DNA of 64,000 nucleotides. Source: the human T2T-CHM13v2.0 reference genome, Homo sapiens. Position numbers and translations under genes: made by a program. The first letter of the stretch is position 1; every line of letters begins with the position of its first letter. Under the pieces are notes generated by a model. That model was not told where the DNA came from. It made no database searches and was given only the letters and a program-made list of their open reading frames with translations. Location of the stretch: the NCBI RefSeq assembly GCF_009914755.1, contig NC_060942.1. One strand, written 5' to 3'. Shown here one piece after another: positions 38,801-51,910 of this stretch.

Positions 38801-41800
38801 AGAAGCAGGTTGAGAAGTGTGTAATGGCCAGAGGTTGGAGAGTTTGGAGGTCTTGGAAGAAGACAGGAAGATGAGGAAAAGTTTGGATCAGTGTAGAGAC
38901 TTGTTAAATAGTTATAATTAAAAAGGTGACATAATGATGGACAGTGGCCACCAGGCTTACAAGGTCTCACATGAAAATATGTGACCAAAGAAATGACCTC
39001 AAGGTGAAACATATTTAAATGACAAGGAGAGCTTAAAAGTTTGGAAAATTTGCAGCCTGGCCAAGTGGTCAAAAAGAAAAGCTTATTATCAGTGGGAAAG
39101 TTCAAGAAGGCTTCAGAAATGTGCATAAAATGGAGTTCAGTGCTAATAGCCAATACAATGTTAAAAAGGCCTTGAAGGCATTTCAGAGACTTTTGCAGCA
39201 GCCCTTGCTATCACAGGCCCTGAGGCCTGGGAGAAAAGAATGGTTTCCTTCTCCAGCCCCATGGCCCCACTGCTATGTCCATCCTCAGGACACTGCTGGC
39301 TGGATTCCTGAAGCTCCAGCTCCAGCCATGGTTGAAAGATGCACAGGAACAGCTTGGGTCACTGCTTCAGAGGGTGCAAGCTGCAAGCCTTGGTGGCTTC
39401 CACATAGTGTTAAGCCAGCAGGTGCGCAGAGCACAAAACTGGAGGCTGGGAATCCTTTGTCTGGACTCCAGAGTATGTATGGAAAAACCTGGGTGTCCAG
39501 GTCGAAACTTTTCCAAGAGGCAGAGCCTCCTTTACTAGGGCAGTACAGAAGGAACATATAGGGTTGGGACCGCATACAGGGAAGCACCATTCTGCAAACC
39601 CCAGATTCATAGACTCACTAGCAGCTTGCACCCTCATTGTGGAAAAGCTATAGGTACTCAACAGCAGCCCAGCCCATCAGGGCAACTGTGGAGGTTAGAC
39701 CCTGCAACGTCACAGGTGCAGAGCTGCCGAAGACCTTGGGAGCCCAGGACTCATACCCTTGTGCTCTGGATGTGGGATCTGGATTCAAAAAAAATGATTT
39801 GGAACTGTAGGATTCAATGACTGGCTGTTGGATTTTTAACTCCTATGGGGTTTGTAAGTCCCATCTGTGTTTTGTGCTTCTTTCTGGCAAATTTCTTCCT
39901 TTTGGCTGGGAATACTTACCCAATGCCTGCCTGTACAGTCATTGTACTTTGGAAGTAGTTAACTTGCTTTGTATTTCAGAGGCTCAGGTAGAACATATGG
40001 CAGCCTTGTCTCAGAAGAGACTTTGGGCTTTGGACATTTCAGTAAAAGCTGGAATGAGTTAAGAGATTGGGAAACTGTAGAGAAGTCATCATTGTATTTT
40101 GCAGTGTGAGAACAACATGAGATATGGGGGCCAGGGTCAGAATAATATGATTTGGTTCTGCATCCCTACCAAACTCATTTGTAATTGTAATGGGGAATGT
40201 TAAAGGTGGGGCCTGGTGGGAGGTGATTTAATCATGGAGAAGAAAGGGGGTTGGAGGTAGGGGAGTGGGGAGAATAGGGGAGATTATTTTGTGGGTGGGA
40301 GTGAAAGAAGAGATTGGGGGCAGATCCTTCACAAATGGATAAACACACTCTCCTTAATGCTGTTCACATGATAGTGAGTCCTCTTGATGATTTTGGAGCT
40401 GAGAGATTGAGTGAGTACTCTCCTGCTGGGTTATGGATTTGCATTGGGCCTGTGGGCCCATTTGTGTTATTTTTCTGGGAAATTTCTTCCTTTTGGACTG
40501 AGAAAGTTTACACAATGCCTGTACCATCATTGTACCTTGAAAGAAAAGAACTCCATTTTAAATTCAGGGACTCATAGGCAGAAGGGACTGTGGCCTTATC
40601 TGAGATGAGACTTTGAATTTTTTACATTTGGAATGAATTAAGACTTTTCAAACTTTTGAAGAGTCATGATGGTATTTTGCTCTGTGATAAGGACTTGAGA
40701 TTCTGGAATATCAGAGTCAGAATTATATGGTTTGCCTGTGTGTCCCTATGAAACTCATATGGAATTGTAATCCCTAATGTTGAAGCAGGTGACTTAATTA
40801 TGGACAGGAGGTTGGTGCTGCTGGAAGGTAAAAGGGATGGGTAGGATTGGGAGGAGTGGGTTGGCAGTAGGGTGGTGGGAGGGTGGGGTTAGAGGGAAGG
40901 GGGTGTAGCCTGCTGCAGAGGTAAAGCCTCATGGAAAACCTCCACTAGAGAAGTGCACCTGTGGCTTTGCAGGTTTAACCCATCAGCTGTTCTTGTGGGC
41001 TGGGCTGGTATTGAGGGCCTGTAGCTTTTCCACACTAAGGGCGTGAGTTGTTGGTGGGTCTATGAATCTGGGATCTGGAGGTTGGTAGCCACATGTGTGG
41101 GGGCTCCAAGCCCATATTTTCTTTCTGCACTTCCATAATAGAGGTTTTCCAAGAGGCTCTGCATCTGAAGGAGGCTTCTGCCTGGGAACAGTGGGAGTTG
41201 GGGATGGGGGGCAGATCCTTCACCAATGTTTAAGCACCATCTTCTAGATGCTGACCTTGTGATAGTGAGTTCTCATGAGATCTGCTTGTATAATCGGGCA
41301 TGACAACTTTTTCCTTTCTCTGTCTTGTTCCTTCTCTTCCGATATGAGACATCTCCTTGCTCCTTGACATTCTGGTGTGATTGGGAGGCTTCCTGAGTCC
41401 TGTCAGGTGCAGAAGCCACTATGCTTCCTTACAGCCTGCAGAATCATTAACCTATTAAACCTCTTTTCTTTATGATCATGGAGAAAATTATTATGGCAAA
41501 ATGGAACTGTTAAATGTCTTCAAGGCCTTCTCCCTAATGTCTTGGCAATCAGCACTCGGCTTCTTTTCATTCAACTATCTGAAGCCTCCTTGAATTTTTC
41601 CCCAGAAAATGGGCTTGTGTTCCTTTACCACACTGCCAGCCTGTGACAAAGATAGCTGATAATGTAGAAGCAGGTTCAGAAGGGGGTAGCAGATGGAGTT
41701 CGGGAGAGTTTGGAGGACTTCAAAGACAGGGAGATGAGGGAAAGTTTGGATCTTTGTAAAGAATTGTTAAATACTTGTGATCAGAAGACTCACAGGAAAA

Positions 41801-44800
41801 TAGACAGTAAGGATCAGATTGAGAAGCTCTCAGATGCAAATGAGGAACTTACTGCAAACAGGAGCCAAGGTTACTTTTGTTTTGCTGTAGCAAAGGACGT
41901 GGATGCACAGTGACCCTGCCCTGGAGATCTGTGAAACTTTGAACTTGAGGGTGATGACTTACTGCGTATCTGATGGAATGAAGTTCTGGGCAGCAAAGCT
42001 GCAGTGGTGTCCTGTCTGTATCAAACAGCCTGTGCCCTTATGTGTGACTGAGGAAATGACATCTGGATGGGTCTTACATTAAATGAGTCCGAACTCTTAT
42101 ATTAAATGAGAAACAGAACTCAACAATTTGCTTCCTGGCCAAATGGTCAAAAAGAAAAGCTGATTTTCAGGGGAAAACTGAGGAAGGCTTCAGAAATTTG
42201 CATGGAAAGGAGCCCAGTGCTAATAGCCAAGACAATAGGGAAAAAGCCTTGAAGCCATTTCAGAAACCTTTGTAGCAGCCCTTGCTAATATAGGCCCTGG
42301 GGCCTAGGAGAGAGGAATGGTTTCCTGGGCCAGTTGCATAACCCCTGTCTGTGTGCAGCCTCAGGACACTGCTGCCTGCATCCCTGCAGCTCTAGTTCCA
42401 GCCAGGGCTGAAAGATGCACAGGTACAGCTTGCATCACACTTCAGGGGTGCAAGCTTCAAGCTTTGGTAGCTTCCACATAGTGTTAAGCCAGCAGGTGCA
42501 CAGAGCACAAAACAAGAGGCTTGGGAGCCTTTGTCTAGACTCCATAGTATGTACGGAAAAACCTGGGTGTTCAGGCAGCAGCTTTTCCAAGAGGCAGAGC
42601 CTCATGGGAAACCTTTACTAGGACAGTACAGAAGGACAATATAGGGCTGGAGTCCCTAAATATGGAGGCACCATTCTCCAGACCCCAGATTCATATACCC
42701 ACCAACAGCTGGCACACTGAGTGTGAAAAGCTACAGGCACTCAACACCAGCCCAGCCCATGAGGGCAGCTGTGGGGGATAGACCCTGCACAGCCACAGGT
42801 GCAGAGCTGCCCAAGGCCTTGGGAGCCCAGCCATGACACGCCTGTGCTCTGGATGTGAGACGTCCATTCAGAAAAGATGATTTGGAGCTGTAGGATTCAA
42901 TGACTGGCCTGCTGGGTTTTTGACTTGTATGGGGTCTGTAAGTCCTTGGACATTTTAGTAAGTGCTGGAATGAGTTAAGTCATTGGGGGACAGTAGAGAA
43001 GTCATCAGTGTATTTTGCAGTTTGACAAGGATACAAGATTTGGGGAGCAAGAGCCAGAATAATATGATTTGATTCTGTGTCTCTACCAATACTCATGTGG
43101 AATTGTAGTAGGGAATGTTAAAGGTGGGACCTGGTGGGAGGTGATTTAATCACGGAGAAGAGTGGGTGTTGGAGGTAGGGGTGTGGGGATAATGGGAGAG
43201 ATTATTTTGTGGGTGGGAGTGAAAGATGAGGGTGGGAGGGCAGATTCTTCACAAACGGGTAAACGCTATGTCCTTAATGCTGTCCGCATGATAGTGAGTT
43301 CTCTTGATGATTTTTGAGCTGTGAGATTGAGTGAATACTGTCCTGCTGGGTTTTGGACTTGCATTTGGCTTGTGGTCCCAGTTGTGTTTTCTGCGAAATT
43401 TCTTCCCTTTGGATTGAGAAAGCTTATACAACGCCTGTACCATCATTGTACCTCGAAAGAAAAGAAATCTCTTTTAAATTCAGGAACTCATAGGCAGAAG
43501 GGATAGTAGCCTTGTCTCAGATGAGACTTTGAACTTTTTACACTTGGAATGAGTTAAGGCTACTGGAACTTTTGAAAAGGCATGATTGTATTTTGCTCTG
43601 TGATAAGGACATGAGATTCTGGGATATCAGGGTCAGAATAATATGGTTTGGCTGTGTGTCCCTATAAAAATTCAGGTGGAATTGTAATTCCAAATGTTGA
43701 AGGTGGGGCCTGGGGGAAATGATTTAATCATGGATTGGAGGTGGTTGGGGGTGGAAGGAAAAGGGTTGTAACTGAGTGAGTTGTAGAGAAACCCCACACT
43801 ATGAGACGAATTCAGGAGTCCTTTATTGCTGGTGACCGAGAGAGCGCTAGTGCTCAAACTTCTCTCGGCCCCTAAGAAGGGGCTAGATTTTCTTTTATAC
43901 TTTGGTTTAGAAAGGGGAGGGGGAGCCTTGCTGAAGCAATCTTACAGAAGCAAAACAGGCAAAAAAGTTAAAAAGATAAATGGCTACAGGAAAACAAACA
44001 CTTCCAGGTGCAGGGGCTTTAAATCCATCAAAAGGTGAGAGATGTGGGGCTTTGGGTGCTATCAACTGGACACAAATGTGGGGGTTTTAGGTACCATCAA
44101 CAGGGTGAATTCCTGGGAACTGTGGATATAGCTTTCCACAGTATCTTGTCAGTATTTGCATTCTTTGATGTGCTGGGAGTCAGCTTGCACAGGTTATGTC
44201 CTTGAGGAAGGGGTGTGTGTAAGGGGCTGCAAGTGAAAGAGCCAAGATGGAGTCTGCCTGGCTCCCTCAGCTAAGGGAGAGTTGATCAGGTTAAAACAAG
44301 GTAGGGTATCACAAAAGGGTTGTTTAGGGTGGGGAGGAGTAGGCTGGCAGTAGAATGGTGGGCAGGTGGGGGTAGTAGGAAGGGGGAGTAGCCTGCTGCA
44401 GAGGCAAAGCCTCATGGAAAACCTCTACTAGGGTAGTGCACCTGTGGCTTTGCAGGGTTGAGCCCCTGCAGCTGCTTTCATGGGCTGGGTTGGTGTTGAG
44501 GTTTGGAAAAGCCTGTAGCTTTTCCACAGAGGGTGTGAGCTGCTGGTGAGTCTATGAATCTGGGGTCTGGATGGTGGTGGCCCTCTGCGTGGGGGCTCCA
44601 AGCCCACTTTTTCCTTCCACACAGCACTAGTAGAGGTTTTCCAAGAGGTTCTGCCTCTGCAGCAGGCTTCTGTTTGGAAACAGTGGGAGGTGGGGGTGGG
44701 TGGTTGTTTCTTCATCAATATTTAAGCACCATCTTCATAATGCTGACCTTGTAATAGTGAGTTCTCATAAGATTTGGTTGTATAATAGGGTATAGTCCTC

Positions 44801-47800
44801 TTTCCTCTCTGTCTTGCACCTACTCCTGCCACATGAATCATCTCATTGCCCCTGGACATTCTGGCATGATTGGGAGGCTTCCTGAGTCCTCCCAGATTCA
44901 GAAGCCACTGTGTTTCCTTACAGCCTGCAGAATCATGAGCGAATTAAACCTCTTTTCTTTATGATCATAGAGAAAATTAGTGGTGCAAAGTGAAACTATT
45001 AAATGTCATTGTCTTGGCAATCAGCACTCAGCTTCTTTTCATTCAAGTATGTGAAGGCTTCATGAATTTTCCCCCTGAAAATGGACTTGTCTTCCTTTAC
45101 CACATTGCCAGGCTGTGGCAAAGATAGTGATAATGTAGAAGCAGGTTCAGAAGGGAGTAGCGGACAGAGGTCGGGAGAGTTTGGAGGGCTTCAAAGACAA
45201 GAAGATGAATGAAAGTTTGGATCTTTGTAAAGAATTGTTAAACACTTGTGATCAGAAGGCTCACAGGAAAATGGTCAGTGAAAACCCGACTTAGAAGGTC
45301 TCAGATGAAAATGAAGCACTTACTGGGAACAGAAGTCAAAGTTACTTTTGTTTCCTTAGCAAAGAACGTGGCTGCATGGTGACTCGCCCTGGAGATCTCT
45401 GAAACTTTGAACTTGAGGGTGATGATTTACTGAGTATCTGGTGGAATGAACTGGGCAGCAAAGCTCAAGAGGTGTCCTGTCTCCATCGAACAGCCTGTGC
45501 TCTTATGTGTGATAGAGGAAATGACCTCTGGGTGGGACTTACATTAAATGAGTCCCAACCCTTATATTAAATGAGAAACAGAAGTCAAAAGTTTGGCAAA
45601 TTTGCAGCCCGGACATGTGGTCAAAAAGAAAAGCTGATTTTCAGGGGGAAAATTGAGGAAGGCTTCAGAAACTTGCTTGAAAAGGAGTCCAGTGCTAATA
45701 GACAAGACAATAGGGAAAAGGCCTTGAAGGCATTTCAGAGACCTTTCCAGCAGCCCTTGCTGTTAGAGGCCCTGGGGCCTAGGAGAGAAGAATGGTTTCC
45801 TGGGTGAGTTCCATGACCCCCCTCTGTGTGCAGCCTCAGGACACTGCTTCCTGCACCCCTGCAGCTCCAGCTCCAGCTCCAGCTCCAGCCATGACTGAAA
45901 GATGCACAGGTACAGCTTGGGTCACTGCTACAGAGGGTGCCGCCTAGAAGCCTTGGTAACTTCCTCATAGTGTTAAGCCACTGGTGGACGCAGCATGAGA
46001 CTAGAGGCTTGGGAACCTTGCTATAGATTTTGGAAGATATATGGAAATGACTGGCTGTCCAGGCAAAAGCATCCCAAAAAGGCAGAGCCTTATATGAAAC
46101 TTCTACTAGGGCAACACAGAAGGAAAATATGGTGTTGGAGCCCCCACACTGGAGGCCACCATCATGCAGACCCGAGATTCATAGACCCCCCAACAACTTG
46201 TATTCTCAGTGGGGAAAAGTCACAGTCACTCAACACCAGCCGAGCCCCTGAGGGCAGCCGTGGGGCATAAACCCTGCAAAGCCACAGGTGCCAAGCTGCC
46301 CAAGGCCTTGTGAGCCCAGCCCTCACACCCCTGTGCCCTGGATGTGGGACAAGGTTTCAAAAAGGCTGATTTTGGAGCTGTAGGATGGAATGACTGGCCT
46401 TCTGGGTTTGGAGTTTCATGGGGCCGGTAAGTCCTATCTGTGTTTTGTTGTTTTCCGGCAACATTCTTCCTTTTGGCTGGGAATGTTTACCCAATGTGTG
46501 TACAAGCATTGTACCTTGGAAGTAGTTAAGTTGCTTTATATTTCAGAGGCTCATGGGCCTAAGAAACTGTAGCCTTGTGTCAGATGAGACATTAAGCTTT
46601 GAACATTTGTATAAATGCTGTAATGATATAAGATTTTGGGGGACTGTAAGGAAGACATCATTGTATTTTGCAATGTGAGAAGGACATGAGATTTGGGGAG
46701 CCAGGGACAGAATAATAAAATTCAGCTCTGTGTCTCTACCAAAACTTATGTGGAATTGTCATCGGAATGTTAAAGGTGGTGCCTGGTGGAAGGTGATTTA
46801 ATCAGGGTGGAGAGTGGGGGTTGGAAGATGGGGTGTAGGGGGAATGGGGGATTTATGGTGCGGGAGAGGAGTGAAAATTGGGGGTGGGGGGCGGATCCTT
46901 CACAAATGATTAAACACTCTCCTTATTGCTGTCCTTGTGATAGTGAGTTCTCTTCATGATTTTGGAGCTGTAAGATTGAATGGATACTGGCCTTCTGGGT
47001 TTCGGACTTGTATTGGGTCTGTGGTCCCATTTGTGTTTTCTTCCTGGGAAATTTCTTCCCTTTGGATTGAAAAAGCTTACCCAAAGCCTGTACCATTATT
47101 GTACTTTGAAAGAAAAGAACATACTTTTAAATTCAGGGACTCATAGGCAAAAGGTACTGTAGACTTGTCTCAGATGAGATGTTGATTTTTTTACATTTGA
47201 GTTAATGTTGGAATGAGTTAAGACTTTTGGAAACTTTTAAAAAGGCATGAATATATTTTGCTCTGTGAGAAGGTCATGAGTCTGTGGGGATCAGGGTCAG
47301 AATAATATGATTTGGCTGTGTTTCTTTACCAAAACTCGTGTGAATTGTAATCCTTAGTGTTGGAGGTGGGGCCTGGCTGGAGGTGATTTAATCATGGATG
47401 GGAGGGGGCAGGAGGTGGAAGGAAAAGGGGGGTAGGGTGAGGAGTAGATTGTTAGTAGGGTGGTGAGAGGGTGGTGGGTAGCAGGAAGGGGGAGTAGCCT
47501 GCTGCAGAGGCAGAGGCTGATGGAAATTCTCTGCTAGGGCAGTGCACCTGTGGCTTTGCAGGGTGTAGCCCCCATGGCTGCTCTCATGAGATGGGCTGGT
47601 ATGGAGTGCCTGTAGCTTTTCCACGCAGAGAGTGCAAGCTGTTGGTGGGTCTATGAATCTGCAGTCTGGAGGATGGTGGCCTCCTGTGTGGGGGCTCCAA
47701 GCCCATATTTTCCTTCTGCACTGCACTCGTACAGGTTCTCCATGAGGTTCTGCCTCTGCAGGAGGCTACTGCCTGGAAACAGTGGGGGGTGGTGCAGACG

Positions 47801-50800
47801 GATCCTTCACCATTGGTTAATCTTCCTGATGCTGATCTCCTGAGAGTGAGTTCTCATGAGATCTGGTAGTGTAACCGGGTGTGGCACCTCTTTCCTCTCT
47901 GTGTCTTCTTCCTACTCCTGCCATATGGAACATCTCATTGTCACTTGGCCTTCTGGTATGATTGAGAGGCTTCCTGAGTCCTCCCAGAAGCAGAAGCCAC
48001 TTGCTGCCTTTACAGCCTGCAGAAACATGAGGCAGTTAAACCTCTTTTAAAAATAATATTATAGAAAATTTGTACTGTAGAGTGGAGCTATGAAATGCCA
48101 TCAAGGTTTTTTCCTCTTTTTTTTTTTTTTTACTATTAGCATTTGGCTTCTTTTATATGCAAATATCTGAAAGCTTCTTGAATTTTCTCCCTGAAAATGG
48201 ACTTTTCTTCTTTTACCACATTGCCAGGCTGCCACAACGGTAGCTGAAAATGTAGAAGCAGGTTCAGAAGTGGGTAACGACCGGAGGCTGCACAGTTTGG
48301 GGGGCTTGGAAGAAGACAGAAAGATGAGGGAAAATTTGGACTTTTGTAGAGATGTGGTAAATTAAAAGGGTGAGAATAGAGACTTGTTACATAGCTATAA
48401 TTAAAAGAGTGACTGAAGGATGGACAGTGAAGGCCAGGCTTAGAAGGTCTCAGATGAAAATGAGCAACTTACTGGGAACAGGAGTCAAGGTTACTTTTGT
48501 TTTGCCTTAGCAAAGAACTTGGCTGGATGGTGTCCCTGCCCTGGAGACCTCTGAAACTTTGAACTTGGGGGTGATGATTTAGGGTATATCTGGTGAAATG
48601 AAGTAGGCAGCAAAGCTCAAGAGGTGTTTTGTCTGTTTTGAACAGCCTGTGGTCTTCTGTGTGACTATATATAAATGACCTCAAGTTGAAAGTTATATTT
48701 AAATGAGAAGCAGGGCTTAAAAGTTTGGAAAATTTGCAGCCTGGCCAAGTGGTCAAAAAGAAAAGCCGATTTTCAGTGGGAAAATTCAAGAAGGCTTCAG
48801 AAATTTTCATAAAATGGAGCCCAGTGCTAATAGCTAAGACAATGTTTAAAAGGCCTTGAAGCCATTTCAGAGACCTTTGCAGCAGAGCTTGCTGTCAGAG
48901 TCCCCGAGTTCTAGGACCCAAGAATGCTTTCCTGGGTCAGTCCCATGGGTGCGCTGCTGTATCCGTCCTCAGGACACTGCTGCCTGCATCCCTGCAGCTC
49001 CAGCTCCAGCTCCAGCTCCAGCCATCGCTGAAAGATGCACAGGTACAGCTTGCATCACTGCTTCAGGTGTGCAAGCTTCAAACCTTGGTGGCTTCCACAT
49101 AGCCAGCAGGTGCACAGAGCACAAAACTAGAGGCTTTGGAGCCTTTGTCTAGACTCCAGAGTATGTACGGGAACACCTGGGTGTTCAGGCAGAAGCTTTT
49201 CTAAGAGGCAGAGCCTCATGGGAAACCTTTACTGGGGCAGTACAGAAGGAACATATGGGGTTGGAGCCCCCAAACAGGAATGCACCATTTTCCAGACCCC
49301 AGATTCATAGACCCACCAACTGCTGGCACCCTCAGTGTGGAAAAGCCACAGGCACCCAACACCAGCCCAGCCCATGAGGGCACCTGTGGGGGATAGACCC
49401 AGCACAGCCACAGATGCTGAGCTGCCCAAGGCCTTGGGAGCCCAGCCATCCACTCCTGTGCTCCAGATGTGGGATACAGATTCAGAAAAGATGATTTGGG
49501 ACCTGTAGGATTCAATGACTGGCCTGCTGGGTTTTTGACTTGCATGGGGTCTGTAAGTCCCGTCTGTGTTTTGTGCTTGTTTCTGGCAAATTTTTTCCTT
49601 TTGTCTGGGAATGCTTACCCAACGCCTGTACAATCATTGCACCTTGGAAGTAGTAAACTTACTTTATATATAATTCAGTGGCTCATGGGCAGAAGGACTG
49701 TAGATTTGTCTCAGATGAGACTCTGGGCTTTGGGCATTTCAGTAAATGCTGGAATGAGTTAAGACTTTGGGGGACTGTACAGAAGGCATCATTGTATTTT
49801 ATAGTGTGATAAGGATATGAGGTTGGGGGGGACCAGAGTCAGAATAATATTTGACTTTTTGTCCCTACTAATACTCTCATGGAATTGTGATGGTGAATGT
49901 TAAAGGTGGGACCTGGTGGGAGGTGATTTAATCATGGAGAAGAGTGGGTGTTGGAGGTAGGAATGTGGGGAGAATGGGGGAGATTATTTTGTGGGTGGAG
50001 GTGAAAGATGAGGGTGGGGGTTGGATTCTTTGTAAATGGTTAAACACTGTCTCCTTAATGCTGTCTGCATGATAGTGAGTTCTCTTGATGATTACAGAGC
50101 TGTGAGATTGAATGAATACTGTACTGCTGGGGTTTGGACTTGCATTTGTGTTATTTTTCTGGGGAATTTCTCCCCTTTGGATTGAGAAAACTTACCCAAT
50201 GGCTATTGTACCTTGAAGGAAAAGAAATCCCTTTTAAACTCAGGGACTCATTGGCGGAAGGGATTGTAACCTTGTCTCTGATAAGACTTTGAAATTTTTA
50301 CATTTGGAATGAGTTAAGACTTTTGGAAACTTTTGAAAAGGCATGATTGTGTTTTGCTCTGTGAGAAGGACATGAGGTTCTGGGGTATCAGGGTCAGAAT
50401 AATATGGGTTGGGTGTGTGTCCCTATAAAACTCACGTGTCATCCTTAATGTTGGAGGTGTGCCAGGTGGGAGGTGATTTAATCTTGGATAGGAGGGGTTT
50501 GGGGTGGAAGGAAAAGGAGGGTAGTGTGGGGAGGAGTAGGTTGTCAGTAGGGTGGTGGGAGGGTGGGAGTAACCTGCTGCAGAGGCAGAGGCTCATGGGA
50601 AACCTCTACTAGGACAGTGCACCTGTGGCTTTGCAGGGCGTAGCCCCCATGGCTGCTCTCATGGGCTGGGTTGGTGTCGAGTGCCTGTAGATTTTCCATA
50701 CTGAGGGTGTGAGCTGTTGGTGGGCTTATGAACCTGGAGTCTGGAGGATGGTGGCCTCCTGTGTGGGGGCTCAAAGCCTATATTTTCCTTCTGCACTGCC

Positions 50801-51053
50801 ATAGTGGAAGTTTCCTAAGAGGTTCTGCTTCTGCAGGAGGCTGCTGCCTGGAAACAGTGGGTGGTGGTGTGAGTGGAGAATCCTTCACCATTGGTTAGTC
50901 TTGTTGATGCTGATGTCCTGTTAGTGAGTTCTTATGTGATCTGGTTGTCTAACAGGATGTCACACCTCTTTCCTCTCTCTGTCTTGCTCCTACTCCTGCC
51001 ATATGAAACATCTGATTGCCGCTTGGCCTTCTGATATGGTTAGGAGGGTCCTG
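35868..51053 (+). repeat. HOR copy 3 (A-B-C-D plus an atypical terminal E), truncated at the array edge
   Basis: Colinear with copy 1 up to ~49740, then a divergent tail. The last LTR breaks off at ~51053. Confidence 0.88.
43767..44313 (-). mobile_element. Solo LTR6-like element, third HOR copy
   Basis: Paralog of 8140-8687. Flanked by the direct repeat aaagggt (43760-43766 and 44314-44320), consistent with a 4-7 bp target-site duplication depending on where the LTR end is placed. Confidence 0.78.
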
Positions 51054-51910
51054 ATCAGTGTGGGCCTGCTCAGTGGACCTAGTCAGTTGGGACTTGGTCA
51101 GTGAGGCCTATTTAGTGGGGGGTGGTCAGCAGGTGTCTGCTTAGAGAGGGTCTCATTAGAGGGATCTAGTAGTGCAGGTCTTGGTGAGTGTGTTCCTAGT
51201 GGCAGACAAATGTTTGGTGTCTGGTCAATGCAAACCTGGGCTGTGGGACTTGGTCAGTGGAGACCTTGTCAGCTGGGGCTTAGTGGTGACCTTGTCAGAT
51301 TGGGCTGGGTTACTGGTGACTATGTCAAGGGGTGCTATTCAGTGGAGGCCTGGCCACATGGGACCCAGTCAGCAGAGATGCTTGTCAGAGGGGCCCTGGT
51401 GAGGGCAGGCTGCTCAGTGGAACCTAATTAGTGGGGGCCTGGTCAGAAAGGACTTGATCAGTGGTGGCTTTTGTAGCACTGGTCTACGGGGTGACCTGGT
51501 CAGCGGGGATCTGAGCAGTGCGTGCCTGTTCAGTGGGGCATACTCATTAGAGTCCCGGTCAGGGGCATCTTGTCACCTCAGGCGTGGTTAGTAGGGGACT
51601 GGTCACTGGCAGCCTATTCCCTGGAGGCCTGGTCAGTGGGGCTTCATCTGTGGGACCAGGCAATGGAGTCATTATCGGTGGAATGTGATCAGTGAGGCCT
51701 TGTCAGTAAGGACCTGGTCAGTGAGGCCTTACCAGTGAGGCCTTGTCAGTAAGGTCCTTATCAGTGGAGTCCTGGTCATTGTGGGTCTGTCAGTGGGAAT
51801 CTAGTTAGTGAGGCCTGGTGACAGGGGTCTAATCAGTGAAGGTGTGGTCAGGGAGGATCTGATATGCTGGATCTGGTCAGCAGGGACCTGTTCAGTTGGG
51901 GCTGCTGAGC
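51046..51910. repeat. Diverged satellite with a ~14-15 bp unit (ggcctggtcagtgg-like), HSAT5/SN5-like
   Basis: Dozens of degenerate cctggtcagtg units, e.g. gacctggtcagtgaggccttaccagtgaggccttgtcagt at ~51711. The family name is from recall. Confidence 0.7.

Larger units (their letters stand above)
1..51053 (+). repeat. Macrosatellite of rearranged ERVL-MaLR (MST-type LTR + internal) monomers; 16 monomers of ~3.1-3.5 kb, open at the left edge of the window
   Basis: Landmark cctcaggacactgc recurs at ~189, 3653, 6724, 10203, 13311, 16471, 19704, 23142, 26527, 29660, 32815, 36056, 39283, 42359, 45834 and 48967. Monomers contain MST-LTR-like segments (taatatggtttggctgtgt...; gtgagttctcatgagatctggttgt; cagcctgcagaaccatgagccaattaaacctcttttc) and MST-internal-like segments (aaagatagctgaaaatgtagaagc...; gtctcagatgagactttg). 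Confidence 0.93.

Noticed and set aside
181-50774. Many 60-190 aa ORFs in the array, repeated across HOR copies (e.g. 6075, 9841, 26688, 39121, 41710)
   Set aside because: They are fragments of the decayed MaLR internal ORF or chance frames. Stops and frameshifts differ between paralogous copies, and recurrence reflects DNA repetition rather than selection.
51046-51910. Short periodic repeats resembling a CRISPR array
   Set aside because: There are no constant repeats with unique spacers, the units are degenerate 14-15-mers, there are no cas genes, and the context is eukaryotic.
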